Origin: Nitrospinota bacterium
Lineage (GTDB): Bacteria; Nitrospinota; Nitrospinia; Nitrospinales; VA-1
Length of the DNA stretch: 44,659 bases
Direction of reading: 5' to 3'
Assembly (NCBI GenBank): GCA_038108555.1
Contig: JAYNIA010000019.1
Coordinates: 1-44,659, forward strand
The position numbers and the translations under genes were made by a program. The notes below the pieces were generated by a model, which saw only the letters and a program-made list of their open reading frames with translations, had not been told where the DNA came from and did no database searches. Of this stretch, positions 9,128-19,578 are shown one piece after another; position 1 is the stretch's first letter, and every line of letters begins with the position of its first letter.

Positions 9128-9559
9128 ATGAATTCTGAAAATATAAAAGACACTTTTGTGGATAATGGTGATGAAACAGTCACTGCAAAAGCCCATGGTT
9201 TGATGTGGGTTAAGACCGATTCCATGAATGACCTTAAGAAATGGGTTAATTATCAGGAAAGTGTCGATTATGTGCGTGAATTGAATGAAAAAAAGTTTGC
9301 GGGGTATGACGATTGGCGATTGCCCAAGAGGGATGAAATGTCAACGTTGTATCACGAAGAACTGGCTAACACCGATCAGTTTGGAAAGATAATCCATATC
9401 AGCGATAAATTTGCTCCGGGAGGAGGGTTCTCCATGGTGGCACAACAGGTGCCGGGGCGAATGCGTACCTGGGTCTTTAATATCAGAGATGGTGAATTCA
9501 GCCACCCGGAAGGCCTTTGGACGATAACGGAAGCCGCCCGCGCTGTCCGAAGCATGTAA
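9128..9559 (+). CDS. DUF1566 (Lcl-type) domain protein
   Basis: FVDNGDETV...GLMW, FAGYDDWRLP...E, C-terminal ARAVRS. Confidence 0.85.
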   Translation: MNSENIKDTFVDNGDETVTAKAHGLMWVKTDSMNDLKKWVNYQESVDYVRELNEKKFAGYDDWRLPKRDEMSTLYHEELANTDQFGKIIHISDKFAPGGGFSMVAQQVPGRMRTWVFNIRDGEFSHPEGLWTITEAARAVRSM

Positions 9560-9588
9560 TTTATTCTTGATCAAATTAGGAGAAAAAT

Positions 9589-11568
9589 ATGAGTGAGGAA
9601 ATTTATGATCCTCCCGAATCGGTTTCTTCAAGGGCCCATGTGCCTAGTATGGAAAAGTACCAGGAACTATATGACCGATCGATAAACTCCCCTGAAGAGT
9701 TTTGGTCTGAGCAAGCCGATGATTTTTGCTGGTTTAAAAAATGGGATAAAGTGCGTTCTTATAATTATGATGTAAGAAAAGGAAATATAAATATCGAATG
9801 GTTTAAGGGAGGGCAATTAAATATCACCTCCAATTGCCTGGACCGTCACCTTGAAACCAGAGGTGATCAAACAGCCATTTTGTGGGAAGGAAACGAGCCA
9901 GGCGAAAACAAAAGTCTGACCTACAAAGAACTTCATAGGGAAGTTTGCAAATTCGCAAATGTTTTAAAAAGTCACGGCGTCAAGAAAGGTGACCGGGTTT
10001 CTATCTATATGCCCATGGTGGTCGAGTTGGCTGTTGCAATGCTGGCTTGTGCGCGGGTAGGAGCAGTCCATTCCATCGTCTTTGGAGGATTCTCCCCTAC
10101 AGCTCTGGCAGATCGAATAGTAGATTCGGAATGTTCCGTTCTTATTACCACCGATGGAGGATATCGTGGTGCAAAGCCCATTCCCATCAAAGCCAATGCC
10201 GATGAAGCCATGACACTGGCTGAAAAACAGGATGTAAAAATAAGCACCTGCATTGTTGCTCAGCGGGTCGGCGATAAGATTCCTGTGACCATGCAAGATG
10301 GACGTGACTATTGGTGGCATGATGAAATGTCCGGTGCAGATCCTGTGTGTGAACCAGAAGTAATGGAATCCGAAGATCCTTTGTTTACACTCTATACTTC
10401 TGGCTCGACAGGTAAGCCCAAAGGGGTTCAGCATAGCACAGCGGGCTATATGATCTATACCGCACTGACACATAAGTATATTTTTGATTATCACCAGGGC
10501 GACATTTGGTGGTGCACGGCTGATATTGGTTGGGTGACGGGTCATTCTTATATCATTTACGGTCCTTTGGCTAATGGGGCTACCACCGTTATGTTTGAAG
10601 GCGTGCCCACGTATCCCGATGCAGGTCGATTCTGGGATGTGGTGGATCGTTTGAAGGTCACTCAGTTTTATACTGCTCCAACTGCGATTCGGGCATTGAT
10701 GTCCTGCGGTGAAGATATTATTTCCAAATACGATCTTTCGACCTTGAGAGTCCTTGGGTCGGTGGGAGAACCTATTAATCCGGAAGCCTGGCGTTGGTAC
10801 CACAAAAATGTCGGGAAGGGCAGGTGTCCGATTGTTGATACCTGGTGGCAAACGGAAACAGGGGGAATTTTGATCACTCCCTTGCCAGGGTGCACCCCGG
10901 CCAAACCCGGTTCAGCAACTCTTCCATTTTTTGGAGTCAAACCGGTGATCATCGAAGCTGAAACAGGAAAGGTAGTGGAAGGAAATGGGGTTACTGGTGT
11001 CCTTGCCTTGGAGGAACCCTGGCCCAGTCAGATGCGGACCATTTATAAAGATCATGAAAGGTTTGAAGAAACATATTTTAAACTTTATCCCGGATACTAT
11101 TTTACCGGTGATGGATGCCGTCGTGATGAAGACGGTTATTACTGGATCACCGGTCGGGTCGATGATGTTATCAATGTTTCCGGTCACAGAATTGGTACGG
11201 CAGAAGTGGAATCTGCACTTGTTTTGCATGAAACCATTGCCGAAGCAGCGGTAGTGGGGTATCCCCACGAAATTAAAGGGCAGGGGATATACGCTTATGT
11301 TTCACTGATGGCTGGAGTCACAGCATCGGATGAGTTGAAAAAAACGCTTGTTAATTTTGTTCGTAAAGAAATTGGTCCCATCGCAGCTCCAGACGTAATT
11401 CATTGGGCACCGGCTCTTCCAAAGACGAGGTCGGGAAAAATAATGCGACGCATATTGAGAAAAATTGCTGCAAATGAAGCGGATCAGTTAGGGGATATTT
11501 CTACTCTCGCAGATCCTTCAGTTGTTGAAGATTTAAAAACTTCTTATGCGGAAATGTTTCCAGGTTAG
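9589..11568 (+). CDS. acs: Acetyl-CoA synthetase (AMP-forming)
   Basis: [57 protein letters not shown]. Confidence 0.97.
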   Translation: MSEEIYDPPESVSSRAHVPSMEKYQELYDRSINSPEEFWSEQADDFCWFKKWDKVRSYNYDVRKGNINIEWFKGGQLNITSNCLDRHLETRGDQTAILWEGNEPGENKSLTYKELHREVCKFANVLKSHGVKKGDRVSIYMPMVVELAVAMLACARVGAVHSIVFGGFSPTALADRIVDSECSVLITTDGGYRGAKPIPIKANADEAMTLAEKQDVKISTCIVAQRVGDKIPVTMQDGRDYWWHDEMSGADPVCEPEVMESEDPLFTLYTSGSTGKPKGVQHSTAGYMIYTALTHKYIFDYHQGDIWWCTADIGWVTGHSYIIYGPLANGATTVMFEGVPTYPDAGRFWDVVDRLKVTQFYTAPTAIRALMSCGEDIISKYDLSTLRVLGSVGEPINPEAWRWYHKNVGKGRCPIVDTWWQTETGGILITPLPGCTPAKPGSATLPFFGVKPVIIEAETGKVVEGNGVTGVLALEEPWPSQMRTIYKDHERFEETYFKLYPGYYFTGDGCRRDEDGYYWITGRVDDVINVSGHRIGTAEVESALVLHETIAEAAVVGYPHEIKGQGIYAYVSLMAGVTASDELKKTLVNFVRKEIGPIAAPDVIHWAPALPKTRSGKIMRRILRKIAANEADQLGDISTLADPSVVEDLKTSYAEMFPG

Positions 11569-11786
11569 ATGGAAAAAGGCAAAGTACGATCGGGATCATG
11601 GAGTTGAACGAGTTCAACTCCATGACTTTTCACTCCTACAGTGAAAAGAGCAAGGACCCCCTCCCCCCCCAAAGGTTTGAGCGTCTGTAATTCCTTAGCA
11701 CCCAGTGGGATAGCTATATATTTTAAGCGAAAAGTATCTGGTGTCAATTGAAAGTTTTGAATTTTCGCAAATAAATCGTAATTAAG
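11565..11786 (-). pseudogene. Possible gene remnant (C-terminus resembling a SUFU domain)
   Basis: Open frame without a good start or RBS; IAIPL..KEL....GGEGVLALF...DPDR pattern. Confidence 0.3.
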
Positions 11787-14186
11787 CTAATTTAGACTTG
11801 TGGACAGAGGCAGGTTGGATTTGGCAGATTTCTGTCCGAGTCTTTTCTCTGCAATTGATTGTTTTGCTTGGCGTAAGCCCTTTTGAGCGGAATTATTCAA
11901 AGGATCCAGGCGAATGGCCATGGTGAAGGCAGCTCGGGCTTCCAAATCTCTGTTTTGCTCCAAATAGGCCCATCCCAGCCCATCATAGGCATCTGGCTGA
12001 TCGGGGTGTTGCTTCAATTCTGCAGAAAAATGGGTGATGGCCCTTTGACTGTTGCCCTCAGATAAATAAATTCGACCAAGTTTGGTATGGGGGGTGGATT
12101 GTAGTTTAAATGGAGCAATGGCATTGGTTCCGGTAATCAGTTCGAAAACCGGATTTGGTGTGGGATTCAAAGCCAAGCATTGCTCCAGATACTGTTTGGC
12201 TTTTTCAAATTTTCCCTGACGAAAATAAATATATCCCATTCCTTTTCTTGCATCTGACCGATTGGGTTGGATTTCCAGAGATGTTTGAAACATTTCCATG
12301 GCTTTGTCGTTTTTCCCGTTATGGAAGTAGGTCCAACCCAGGGAATTATAAACCTGCCATCCAAAACGTTCCTTGGACAATAATTCGACAAAGTCCGAGG
12401 TCAGTGCAAAGTCCGGATCAAGGGATATGGCCTTTAGGAAAAACTCTATGGCAAGATCAGGGTTGTTGTGCTTGTAATGAACCCAACCCAGGGCCATGTA
12501 AGGGGAAGCAAGTAAGGGATGTTCCCTTCGTATTTTCTCAAAATATTTTAAAGCTTCTGATGGGGGTTCACTTTGAAGAATAGACCAGTCTAGTTTGTAG
12601 GCCAGTTCTTTATTTCCCGGATCATGGAGAAGAGCGGTTTCTAAAAAGGGAACGGCTTCATGGTATTCACCAATTGCAAATAACGACAAACCCAGTCCTT
12701 TAGACGCGTCGACTTTATAATCATCATGCTCAATGGACTTGGAAAATTTATCGATGGCATATTGGTATTGTTTTTTCTGGAACTGGCTCCATCCCAACCC
12801 ATTATAGGCATGGGCCCTGTGAAATTTGTCAGACGGCCAATCCTCATCTTCCTGGACATAATCGTAATAGATAAGTGCCGCCGTTTTAAAGTCGCCATGT
12901 TTTAAAGCCTGGTCAGCCTTGAATAGATGCTTGTCCTGGGCTTTTAAGATTTGCTCCAGTCCATTTTTTGCAATGGAGTTATTGGGTTCTTTTTCCAGGG
13001 CTTCCAGGAAATAATCTTTTGCGAGGTCATAGTTTTTTTGCGCCAAAGAAATTTTTCCATGTTGATTGTAGGGGTGCGCCCAGTTTTTATAGCGAAACAA
13101 TAACTCATCGAGCTTTTCCTTGGCGAGTCGATATTTACCCAGATCCAGATAGTATTGTACGTAAACCGCCTGGCGCTTTTTAATTTCCTTGATCTCTTTG
13201 ATTCCTTCAATGGCACCAATAAACTGGGGATGAAGTTCAAGAATTTCTTTGAACACATCTTCAGATTTATTAATTTGTTTTGCCTTTAACAAACTCCATG
13301 CAAGTCCATTGACCGCGTCCAAAGTGGGGTTGTTTACCAGAGCAAGATCTTCGAAATCCTTCATTGCCTTTCTAAACTTACCTTCGTGGAAGGCTTTCCA
13401 GGCTGCATCTCGTTCTACCAGGTCTTTTCGAGTCGGCAGTCCCCAAAGGGAACTTCGATACCGAGGATGTTCTGCTGGTAAGGTGAATATGGATTTTGAA
13501 GCGGCGCTTGAAGGAACAATTTCCCAAACAGCATCGGGATTAGTCTTAGTCCACTCATCCCACATTTGTAAAATATTTTCCACCTGCCGGACATTGAAAA
13601 TATGACTCAGCTCTTCTCTGGCAAGGTTGTGTCGTTTTTGTTCGAGATAGATAAAAGCTCTGCCCTTATGAACCTCATAGGAGTTGGGCATCAACCTGTC
13701 GGCATGATCAAAACTTTCCAGCGCTCTTTCATAATGTTTGAGGCTGAAATAACACCAACCCATTCCTATGATTGGAACGGGATTTTTTCGGTTAAAGGTA
13801 TGTGCGTGACCAAAAGCAATGAGGGCTTTGTCAAAACGTTTTTGAAAGAAATAAGTCCAGGGCAATAAGTTCAGGGCACGTAAATCTCCGGGGCGATTTG
13901 CCAGAGTCTTTTTTAAATAAAACTCGGATGCCGAAAACTCCCTCCGGTTAAACTGGTGTTGAGCAAAAAGAAAATCCTGGTCCAAATCATTTCTGGTGAT
14001 AGCGGTTTTTCCGGCGATTGAAACAATGCTATTTTGTGTCCCCCGATATGTTTTTTTTACATTCGAAACGATACTGTCTTTGGTCCAGTTAAAAGTATTT
14101 TTAATTGAAGTGCAGCTGGTACCCCCAAGGACCACCAAAATTAGAAGGCCATGAATAAAGCCATATTTTTTCAAAATTGACATCAT
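11787..14186 (-). CDS. Large tetratricopeptide repeat protein (probable lipoprotein/exported)
   Basis: N-terminal hydrophobic stretch ending in TSC; many TPR units (AYNGLGW, VYNSLGW, AYDGLGW, AISLDP). Confidence 0.88.
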   Translation of the reverse strand: MMSILKKYGFIHGLLILVVLGGTSCTSIKNTFNWTKDSIVSNVKKTYRGTQNSIVSIAGKTAITRNDLDQDFLFAQHQFNRREFSASEFYLKKTLANRPGDLRALNLLPWTYFFQKRFDKALIAFGHAHTFNRKNPVPIIGMGWCYFSLKHYERALESFDHADRLMPNSYEVHKGRAFIYLEQKRHNLAREELSHIFNVRQVENILQMWDEWTKTNPDAVWEIVPSSAASKSIFTLPAEHPRYRSSLWGLPTRKDLVERDAAWKAFHEGKFRKAMKDFEDLALVNNPTLDAVNGLAWSLLKAKQINKSEDVFKEILELHPQFIGAIEGIKEIKEIKKRQAVYVQYYLDLGKYRLAKEKLDELLFRYKNWAHPYNQHGKISLAQKNYDLAKDYFLEALEKEPNNSIAKNGLEQILKAQDKHLFKADQALKHGDFKTAALIYYDYVQEDEDWPSDKFHRAHAYNGLGWSQFQKKQYQYAIDKFSKSIEHDDYKVDASKGLGLSLFAIGEYHEAVPFLETALLHDPGNKELAYKLDWSILQSEPPSEALKYFEKIRREHPLLASPYMALGWVHYKHNNPDLAIEFFLKAISLDPDFALTSDFVELLSKERFGWQVYNSLGWTYFHNGKNDKAMEMFQTSLEIQPNRSDARKGMGYIYFRQGKFEKAKQYLEQCLALNPTPNPVFELITGTNAIAPFKLQSTPHTKLGRIYLSEGNSQRAITHFSAELKQHPDQPDAYDGLGWAYLEQNRDLEARAAFTMAIRLDPLNNSAQKGLRQAKQSIAEKRLGQKSAKSNLPLSTSLN

Positions 14187-14386
14187 AGGTTTATTTCCAA
14201 AAAGGAAGTTATTTCCATTATTTATCGGTATTTGGCTGAAAATTTTGAGGGAATTTTTGGTATTTTAGGATTATATGGGGGCTTGAATAAGTATATGAAC
14301 CGAAAATGATGCTTTACAGCCATTTTTTTTTGTAAAATCCTGTTAAAATGTTATGATTCAAGCCTTTTACAATCCCTGTCAAAACA

Positions 14387-15280
14387 ATGCGTTTTTTTAA
14401 TTTTCTTATAATCTTGGGCTTATTTTTTACTTTATCCGCCTGTTCTGATGAACCGACTAATAAAGGGGAGGATGCTTTGCATCCCAGCCTATCGGAATTG
14501 CCGGAGATTGTGGAGGAATCTGAGCAGGCCTCAACGCAAGCGGTGGTTCCTATTAAGATCAGCCCTGAAGATCAGGAAAAGGCAAAAAACGCTCCCGAAG
14601 GAATGGTCTTTATCAAGGGCGGTTGTTTCATTATGGGAAATGACTATACCCAGGAAGATGAAAAACCCGAGCACGAAGTGTGCTTGAGTGATTTTTATAT
14701 GGATAAATATGAGGTCACACAGGCTCGTTGGGAAAAGTTGATGGGATTCAATCCTTCCAAGTTCATTGGACCGGACCTGCCAGTGGAACAGGTAAATTAT
14801 GATAACGTTCAAAAGTTCATAGAAAAATCCAACGGGGCCTGTCGATTACCTACGGAAGCGGAATGGGAGTATGCCGCTGGAGGAGGGGCCAAAACGCGGT
14901 ATTTCTGGGGCAATATGGTAAACGAAGAATATACCTGGTATGAAGAAAACTCCAATGAAACCACTCATCCGGTGGGAAGCAAATCGCCCAACCAATTTGG
15001 TCTATACGATATGATGGGGAACGTTTGGGAATGGGTGGATGATTGGTATGAGCCCTACTATAAAATGCGAACGAAGGATAATCCAACCGGACCCAAAACC
15101 GGTGAGTCAAAGGTCATTCGTGGAGGGGCTTTTGATTCCTCTGCAGGTGCTTTAAGAATTACCAACCGAGTGTGGTTGCATCCGAAAAATAAAGTTTTCC
15201 CAAAAGTGACAACCTATGGCCAGATTATGAATGAGATTTATAACTATATTGGCTTCCGTTGCGCAAAATCCATTCCATAA
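14387..15280 (+). CDS. FGE-sulfatase (SUMF1/PvdO-like) domain lipoprotein
   Basis: Lipobox LSAC; FIMG, YEVT, RLPTEAEWEYAA, NQFGLYDMMGNVWEW, RGG, GFRC. Confidence 0.92.
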   Translation: MRFFNFLIILGLFFTLSACSDEPTNKGEDALHPSLSELPEIVEESEQASTQAVVPIKISPEDQEKAKNAPEGMVFIKGGCFIMGNDYTQEDEKPEHEVCLSDFYMDKYEVTQARWEKLMGFNPSKFIGPDLPVEQVNYDNVQKFIEKSNGACRLPTEAEWEYAAGGGAKTRYFWGNMVNEEYTWYEENSNETTHPVGSKSPNQFGLYDMMGNVWEWVDDWYEPYYKMRTKDNPTGPKTGESKVIRGGAFDSSAGALRITNRVWLHPKNKVFPKVTTYGQIMNEIYNYIGFRCAKSIP

Positions 15281-15332
15281 TTTATTCTATATCAAGCCAA
15301 TTTTATAAAAAGGCTAGGTGGGGAAGGCGGGA

Positions 15333-15761
15333 TTACCGGCACTCGCTGCAAAGGCCGAACATATCCAATTTGTGGGACGTGATAGTAAATCCGTTTCGGC
15401 TTGCGACCTCTTCCTGAAATTGTTCAATCAGGGGATGATTGAACTCAATAATTTTTCCACATTCGGTACAAATCATGTGGTCGTGATGGCTATGCATGTA
15501 TTTATGCTCGTACCTTTTTTGTCCATCACCAAAGTCCAACTCAGAGGCAAGTCCGCTTTGGGTTAAAAGGGCTAATGTACGGTAGACTGTTGCAAGACCA
15601 ACTTTTGGCTCTGTGGCGGTTACCAGATTATAAAGCTCTTCTGCGCTAACGTGATTTTCACATTCCGTGAATGCATTCAGAACTGCACGTCTTTGCTTGG
15701 TTATTTTAAGTTTGTTCTGGACGATGTAATCTTCTAAAACTTCGAGTTCTTTGCTTGCCAT
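15333..15761 (-). CDS. fur: Ferric uptake regulator family transcription factor
   Basis: KITKQR, HVSAEEL, GLATVYRTL, HHDHMICTECG, C-terminal CSEC. Confidence 0.92.
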   Translation of the reverse strand: MASKELEVLEDYIVQNKLKITKQRRAVLNAFTECENHVSAEELYNLVTATEPKVGLATVYRTLALLTQSGLASELDFGDGQKRYEHKYMHSHHDHMICTECGKIIEFNHPLIEQFQEEVASRNGFTITSHKLDMFGLCSECR

Positions 15762-15887
15762 ATTTCACTCTTAATTTAGAGTCCCAAAAAACATTTATAA
15801 TCTATCACGGTCAACTGTAAAGGGTCAATATGTCCCTTCAAGGGTTGGATGAATACAATCGAATCAGGTTGCAACATTTTGAATCCA

Positions 15888-17153
15888 TTAACTATTTTTA
15901 TTTACCTGCTTTTCTATTTCAGAAATTAACGATTTAGAATCAATATCATATTGTTCACTATTCTCCATATTTTTTAAAACGTATTTTCCAGATTCAACTT
16001 CACTCTCACCAATGATCAGGGTAAAACGACATTTGGATTTGTTGGCCTTCCGCATTTGACTTTTCATGCTGGTCATTTCGTAATCACGTTCAACTTTAAA
16101 GCCGGCAAGCCTGAGGTCGTGTGTCGCTTGAAACACGGGTGTTTTAGCTGCTTCTCCCAGGCAGACCAGATAAATATCCGGATTATTTTCTGAGCTTTCT
16201 TCAGTGAATGGAATTAATGAAACCAGTCTTTCCAGTCCGAGTGCGAACCCGAAACAGGGGGTGGAGGGACCGGAAAGTTCTTCCACCAGAGTGTCATAGC
16301 GCCCGCCACCACAGATGGCGTTTTGCGATCCCAGGTTTTCAGAAGTGACTTCAAACGCGGTCATGTTGTAATAATCCAATCCGCGGACCAGGCATGTATT
16401 TATTGTGTAGGGAGTTTTTGCCGTTTCCAGCAAATCTTGAACTTCTTTGAAATGTTTTTCACTGGTTTCATCCAAGTGGTCTATCATCTTGGGTAGCGTT
16501 TTTGCGACTTCACCACATTCTTCGTTTTTACAGTCCAGAACACGTAGAGGATTTCTCTCGTAACGATTAACGCAGTTTTTGCAAAGTTTGTTCAGGTTTC
16601 CTTCTATTTCTGTTTTTAATATTTCACGATATTTCGGTCTAGAAGCCTGGTTGCCAAGACTGTTAATCTGAAGTTTTGCGTCTTGCAAACCCAAAGCACG
16701 AAAAAATTCGATCAGCATTGTCATTACTTCGACATCGACAGTTGGACTGGGGGAACCCATGGCCTCGACCCCGATTTGGTTAAACTGGCGCAGCCTTCCC
16801 GCCTGGGGACGCTCGTATCTGAACATCGGGCCAATGTAAAACAATTTGGTTACAGCGGGTGAGGCATACATTTTATGTTCGATAAAGGCACGCACCACAG
16901 AAGCGGTTCCTTCGGGTCGCAAAGTGATCGAATCTCCCCCTTTGTCTTCGAAGGTATACATTTCTTTTTCAACAATGTCTGTGGTTTCACCAATACTCCG
17001 GGAAAATAACCGCGTGTCTTCAAAAATGGGGACTCGAATTTCTTTAAATCCATAGCGGGAAAAAATCTTATGAGCCATAGCTTCCACATACTGCCATTTC
17101 CAGATTTCCTCAGGCAGAATATCTTTTACACCCCGGATGCTTTGAATTTTCAT
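15888..17153 (-). CDS. hisS: Histidine--tRNA ligase
   Basis: LRPEGTAS, FRYERPQAGR, VRGLDYY, GGGRYD, FALGLERL. Confidence 0.97.
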   Translation of the reverse strand: MKIQSIRGVKDILPEEIWKWQYVEAMAHKIFSRYGFKEIRVPIFEDTRLFSRSIGETTDIVEKEMYTFEDKGGDSITLRPEGTASVVRAFIEHKMYASPAVTKLFYIGPMFRYERPQAGRLRQFNQIGVEAMGSPSPTVDVEVMTMLIEFFRALGLQDAKLQINSLGNQASRPKYREILKTEIEGNLNKLCKNCVNRYERNPLRVLDCKNEECGEVAKTLPKMIDHLDETSEKHFKEVQDLLETAKTPYTINTCLVRGLDYYNMTAFEVTSENLGSQNAICGGGRYDTLVEELSGPSTPCFGFALGLERLVSLIPFTEESSENNPDIYLVCLGEAAKTPVFQATHDLRLAGFKVERDYEMTSMKSQMRKANKSKCRFTLIIGESEVESGKYVLKNMENSEQYDIDSKSLISEIEKQVNKNS

Positions 17154-17247
17154 AAATAAAAAATGGTTTTGTTAATAGTTTCCAATTAAGAGAAGCACTG
17201 GCACGATTTTGAAGAAAGGCGATAGTGGAGCGGTTGTTTTGGGAATT

Positions 17248-18285
17248 TTAACCGCTCAACCATTTAAACCAACCCCCTTTTTTAACCGGTGAGGCAGCCA
17301 GGTGAGTCTCAGCCATCTCTACATCTTTTTTGCTACCGATAAATAGGGGCAACCGATCATGAATTCCATTGGGGACAATATCAAGAATCCGTTTTTCTCC
17401 GGTTGAGGCTTTTCCTCCTGCGTTTTCTACGATAAATGCAAGGGGGGCTGCTTCAAAAGAAAAACGCAGTTTGCCATTTGGACTCTTTTTATCTTTCGGG
17501 TACATGAAAAGACCGCCTTTTAAAAGGGTGCGGTGGAAATCTGCAACCAGCGATCCAATATAGCGGAGCTTGTAAGGACGCCCTGAGGAAGGGTTGTCTT
17601 CTTTTAAATAGGATACCAGATTTTTTTGTGTTTCATCCCATACCCCCCAATTACCCTCATTGGCGCTGTATGTAGAACCTTGCTCTGGAATTTTAAGGTC
17701 GGGATGGGAAAGAAAAAATTCTCCCAAAGAAGGATCCAATGTAAAACCCCATACACCCTGACCTGATGTGTATACAAAAATTGTGCTGGAACCATAAACA
17801 ATATATCCTGCAGCAACCTGTTCCTCTCCTTTTTGATGCAAGTCTTCTTCTGTGACCTCGTCTCCCTCACTCTTTTTTCTGTATATTGAAAAGATGGTCC
17901 CGATATTCACATTGACATCGATATTAGAGGAGCCATCCAGAGGGTCCATCATGAAAATATATTTACCGGGATTATCTTCAGGAGGAATAATATAAGGTTC
18001 CTCTTTTTCTTCGGACGCTATAGCGCATACGGTTTCAGATTTACTAATGATTGTTGTGAAAGTGAGATCGGAAAATTCATCGAGTTTTTGAACCTCTTCA
18101 CCTTGCACATTAATTTTTCCAGTAAGACCCAAAATGTTTTCTCCAATTCCGGCACTATTTACCTCAAGAGAAATTATTTTTGAGGCCACCATTATTTCAG
18201 TCATCAAGCTGGTAAATTCTCCTGTGGCACCAGGATTGAATATTTCCTGCTTTCGAATATGTTGAAGGAGCGTGGTTCGTTCCAT
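17248..18285 (-). CDS. fbp: Class I fructose-1,6-bisphosphatase
   Basis: NVQGEEVQKLD, SEE, DPLDGSSNID, RYIGSLVADFHRTL, GKLR..FEAAP. Confidence 0.96.
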   Translation of the reverse strand: MERTTLLQHIRKQEIFNPGATGEFTSLMTEIMVASKIISLEVNSAGIGENILGLTGKINVQGEEVQKLDEFSDLTFTTIISKSETVCAIASEEKEEPYIIPPEDNPGKYIFMMDPLDGSSNIDVNVNIGTIFSIYRKKSEGDEVTEEDLHQKGEEQVAAGYIVYGSSTIFVYTSGQGVWGFTLDPSLGEFFLSHPDLKIPEQGSTYSANEGNWGVWDETQKNLVSYLKEDNPSSGRPYKLRYIGSLVADFHRTLLKGGLFMYPKDKKSPNGKLRFSFEAAPLAFIVENAGGKASTGEKRILDIVPNGIHDRLPLFIGSKKDVEMAETHLAASPVKKGGWFKWLSG

Positions 18286-18449
18286 ATATTGTTTTTTTCC
18301 GTTTTATAAGATTATTGTTTAATAAAAAATTTATTATTGAAGTTTAAATCAAAAGGTTTGGAATGGTGGGGGATTTTACAATATTTCCATTGCATGGGCA
18401 ATTGAAATGGAGCAGGAGACTTCATAAGGGTATAGAAAGCAATCAACGT

Positions 18450-18663
18450 TCAAAGGTTTCTCTTGCTACCATTTTCGCCTTGCAGCTCCGTTACCATTTG
18501 GTTCAACTCATCTGGGTTCTTTCCGGCTGGAAAAGTTATTGATATCCAGATTCAGCTTTTGCGGATCAAATACGGCAATTTTCTTTTTGTTGGTGTCGAA
18601 AATTCCAAGAAAAGCCAGCTGGGGGTCCTTCTTTGCCCACGCAACAGCTGAAAGATTTGGTTT
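18450..18663 (-). pseudogene. Possible degraded gene remnant (sensor/chemoreceptor-like fragments in two frames)
   Basis: Startless frame ...SAVAWAKKDPQLAFLGIFDTNKKKIAVFDPQKLNLDINNFSSRKEPR* overlapping a second frame ...PDELNQMVTELQGENGSKRNL*. Confidence 0.3.
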
Positions 18664-18678
18664 TCAATTCAATGGGAA

Positions 18679-19080
18679 TTACTTGAATTTGGCACCAAGT
18701 ATGGAGTGAGAGACTCGACTATCTTCTTTGCCTGGCCCCTCATCGACAATTGAGCATGCGAGTATCCTCTGTTGGTCAGGTTTTAAAGTGAAATCTCTTT
18801 CGCTCGGATACCAGTTGTTTGGATCAGGAGATAAGTCAGTTTTAATTGTAACAACGATCTCTTTTGAGCTATGGCTATTTTTTATTTTCCTATAAATCCC
18901 TTTTCCCTCACCGCATTCACCCTCATTTATTATAGGTTGAACATGGGACAGCGCTGTTCCAGGAGCAATTGCTCCCCCACCTGAGTTTACCGAAGCACAG
19001 GAGAAGGAAAAGGTCACTACCGATACAACAAATACAATATTTAAACCCGCTTTAATTAAATTAGATTTATTTTTGTACAT
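18679..19080 (-). CDS. Hypothetical lipoprotein
   Basis: Start probably MYKNK at 19080, since the longer ORF overlaps the upstream gene; hydrophobic leader with FSC lipobox-like site and two further Cys. Confidence 0.6.
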   Translation of the reverse strand: MYKNKSNLIKAGLNIVFVVSVVTFSFSCASVNSGGGAIAPGTALSHVQPIINEGECGEGKGIYRKIKNSHSSKEIVVTIKTDLSPDPNNWYPSERDFTLKPDQQRILACSIVDEGPGKEDSRVSHSILGAKFK

Positions 19081-19090
19081 GGAATTTAGA

Positions 19091-19495
19091 TTAGTCCTTA
19101 ATAGAAATAATAATTCTATCAGTAATTGGGGGGTCATAAGGAACGTGATTGCCATATGCAAAAACCGCAAAGATAATGTGTCTACCCGGGACAAACTTCA
19201 GGCTTTTGCATATTGATCCATCCCCCATATGAATTTCCTGTTTTCCAATTGGCTGGCTTAAATCAGCAGGTAATGAATTTAACAATAAATGGTGATGGCC
19301 TCTCCCCTCGTTAACGCCCTTTTTAGCCTTTTCTACAACGACTCCAGTGACTTCCATGCAAATTTCAACGGGACTGCTCAGTTGTGCATTATTGGAGGGC
19401 TTTATAATTTTTACGGATCTTTCTGCCGCCCAAAGGGAATGAGAAAAAGTCAGCGCAGCAAAAAATACCCATAACGCTATCGAGCTTTTTTTCAT
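19091..19495 (-). CDS. DUF4399 domain periplasmic protein
   Basis: Signal peptide MKKSS...LWA; GHHHLLL, IHMGDG, PGRH, GNHVP; GGAG before the ATG at 19495. Confidence 0.8.
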   Translation of the reverse strand: MKKSSIALWVFFAALTFSHSLWAAERSVKIIKPSNNAQLSSPVEICMEVTGVVVEKAKKGVNEGRGHHHLLLNSLPADLSQPIGKQEIHMGDGSICKSLKFVPGRHIIFAVFAYGNHVPYDPPITDRIIISIKD

Positions 19496-19578
19496 GTTTA
19501 ACTCCGCATTCTTTTTAACAGCTTTTGAAGAATTAAATATTAACCAGTTTTTCAAATATCGACAATATAATGCTTATA

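Noticed and set aside
9964..11268. Long antisense ORFs (295 aa and others) within acs
   Set aside because: Shadow ORFs on the opposite strand of a conserved gene with no recognisable motifs; the same applies to most short nested ORFs in the track.
9128..15280. DUF1566 and FGE (C-type lectin fold) proteins as diversity-generating retroelement targets
   Set aside because: No reverse transcriptase and no template-repeat copy of either 3' end was seen in the window.
15809..15828. TTGACC-N8-TTGACC direct repeat upstream of fur (minus strand)
   Set aside because: Too short to separate from a -35 element plus chance; no regulator can be assigned.
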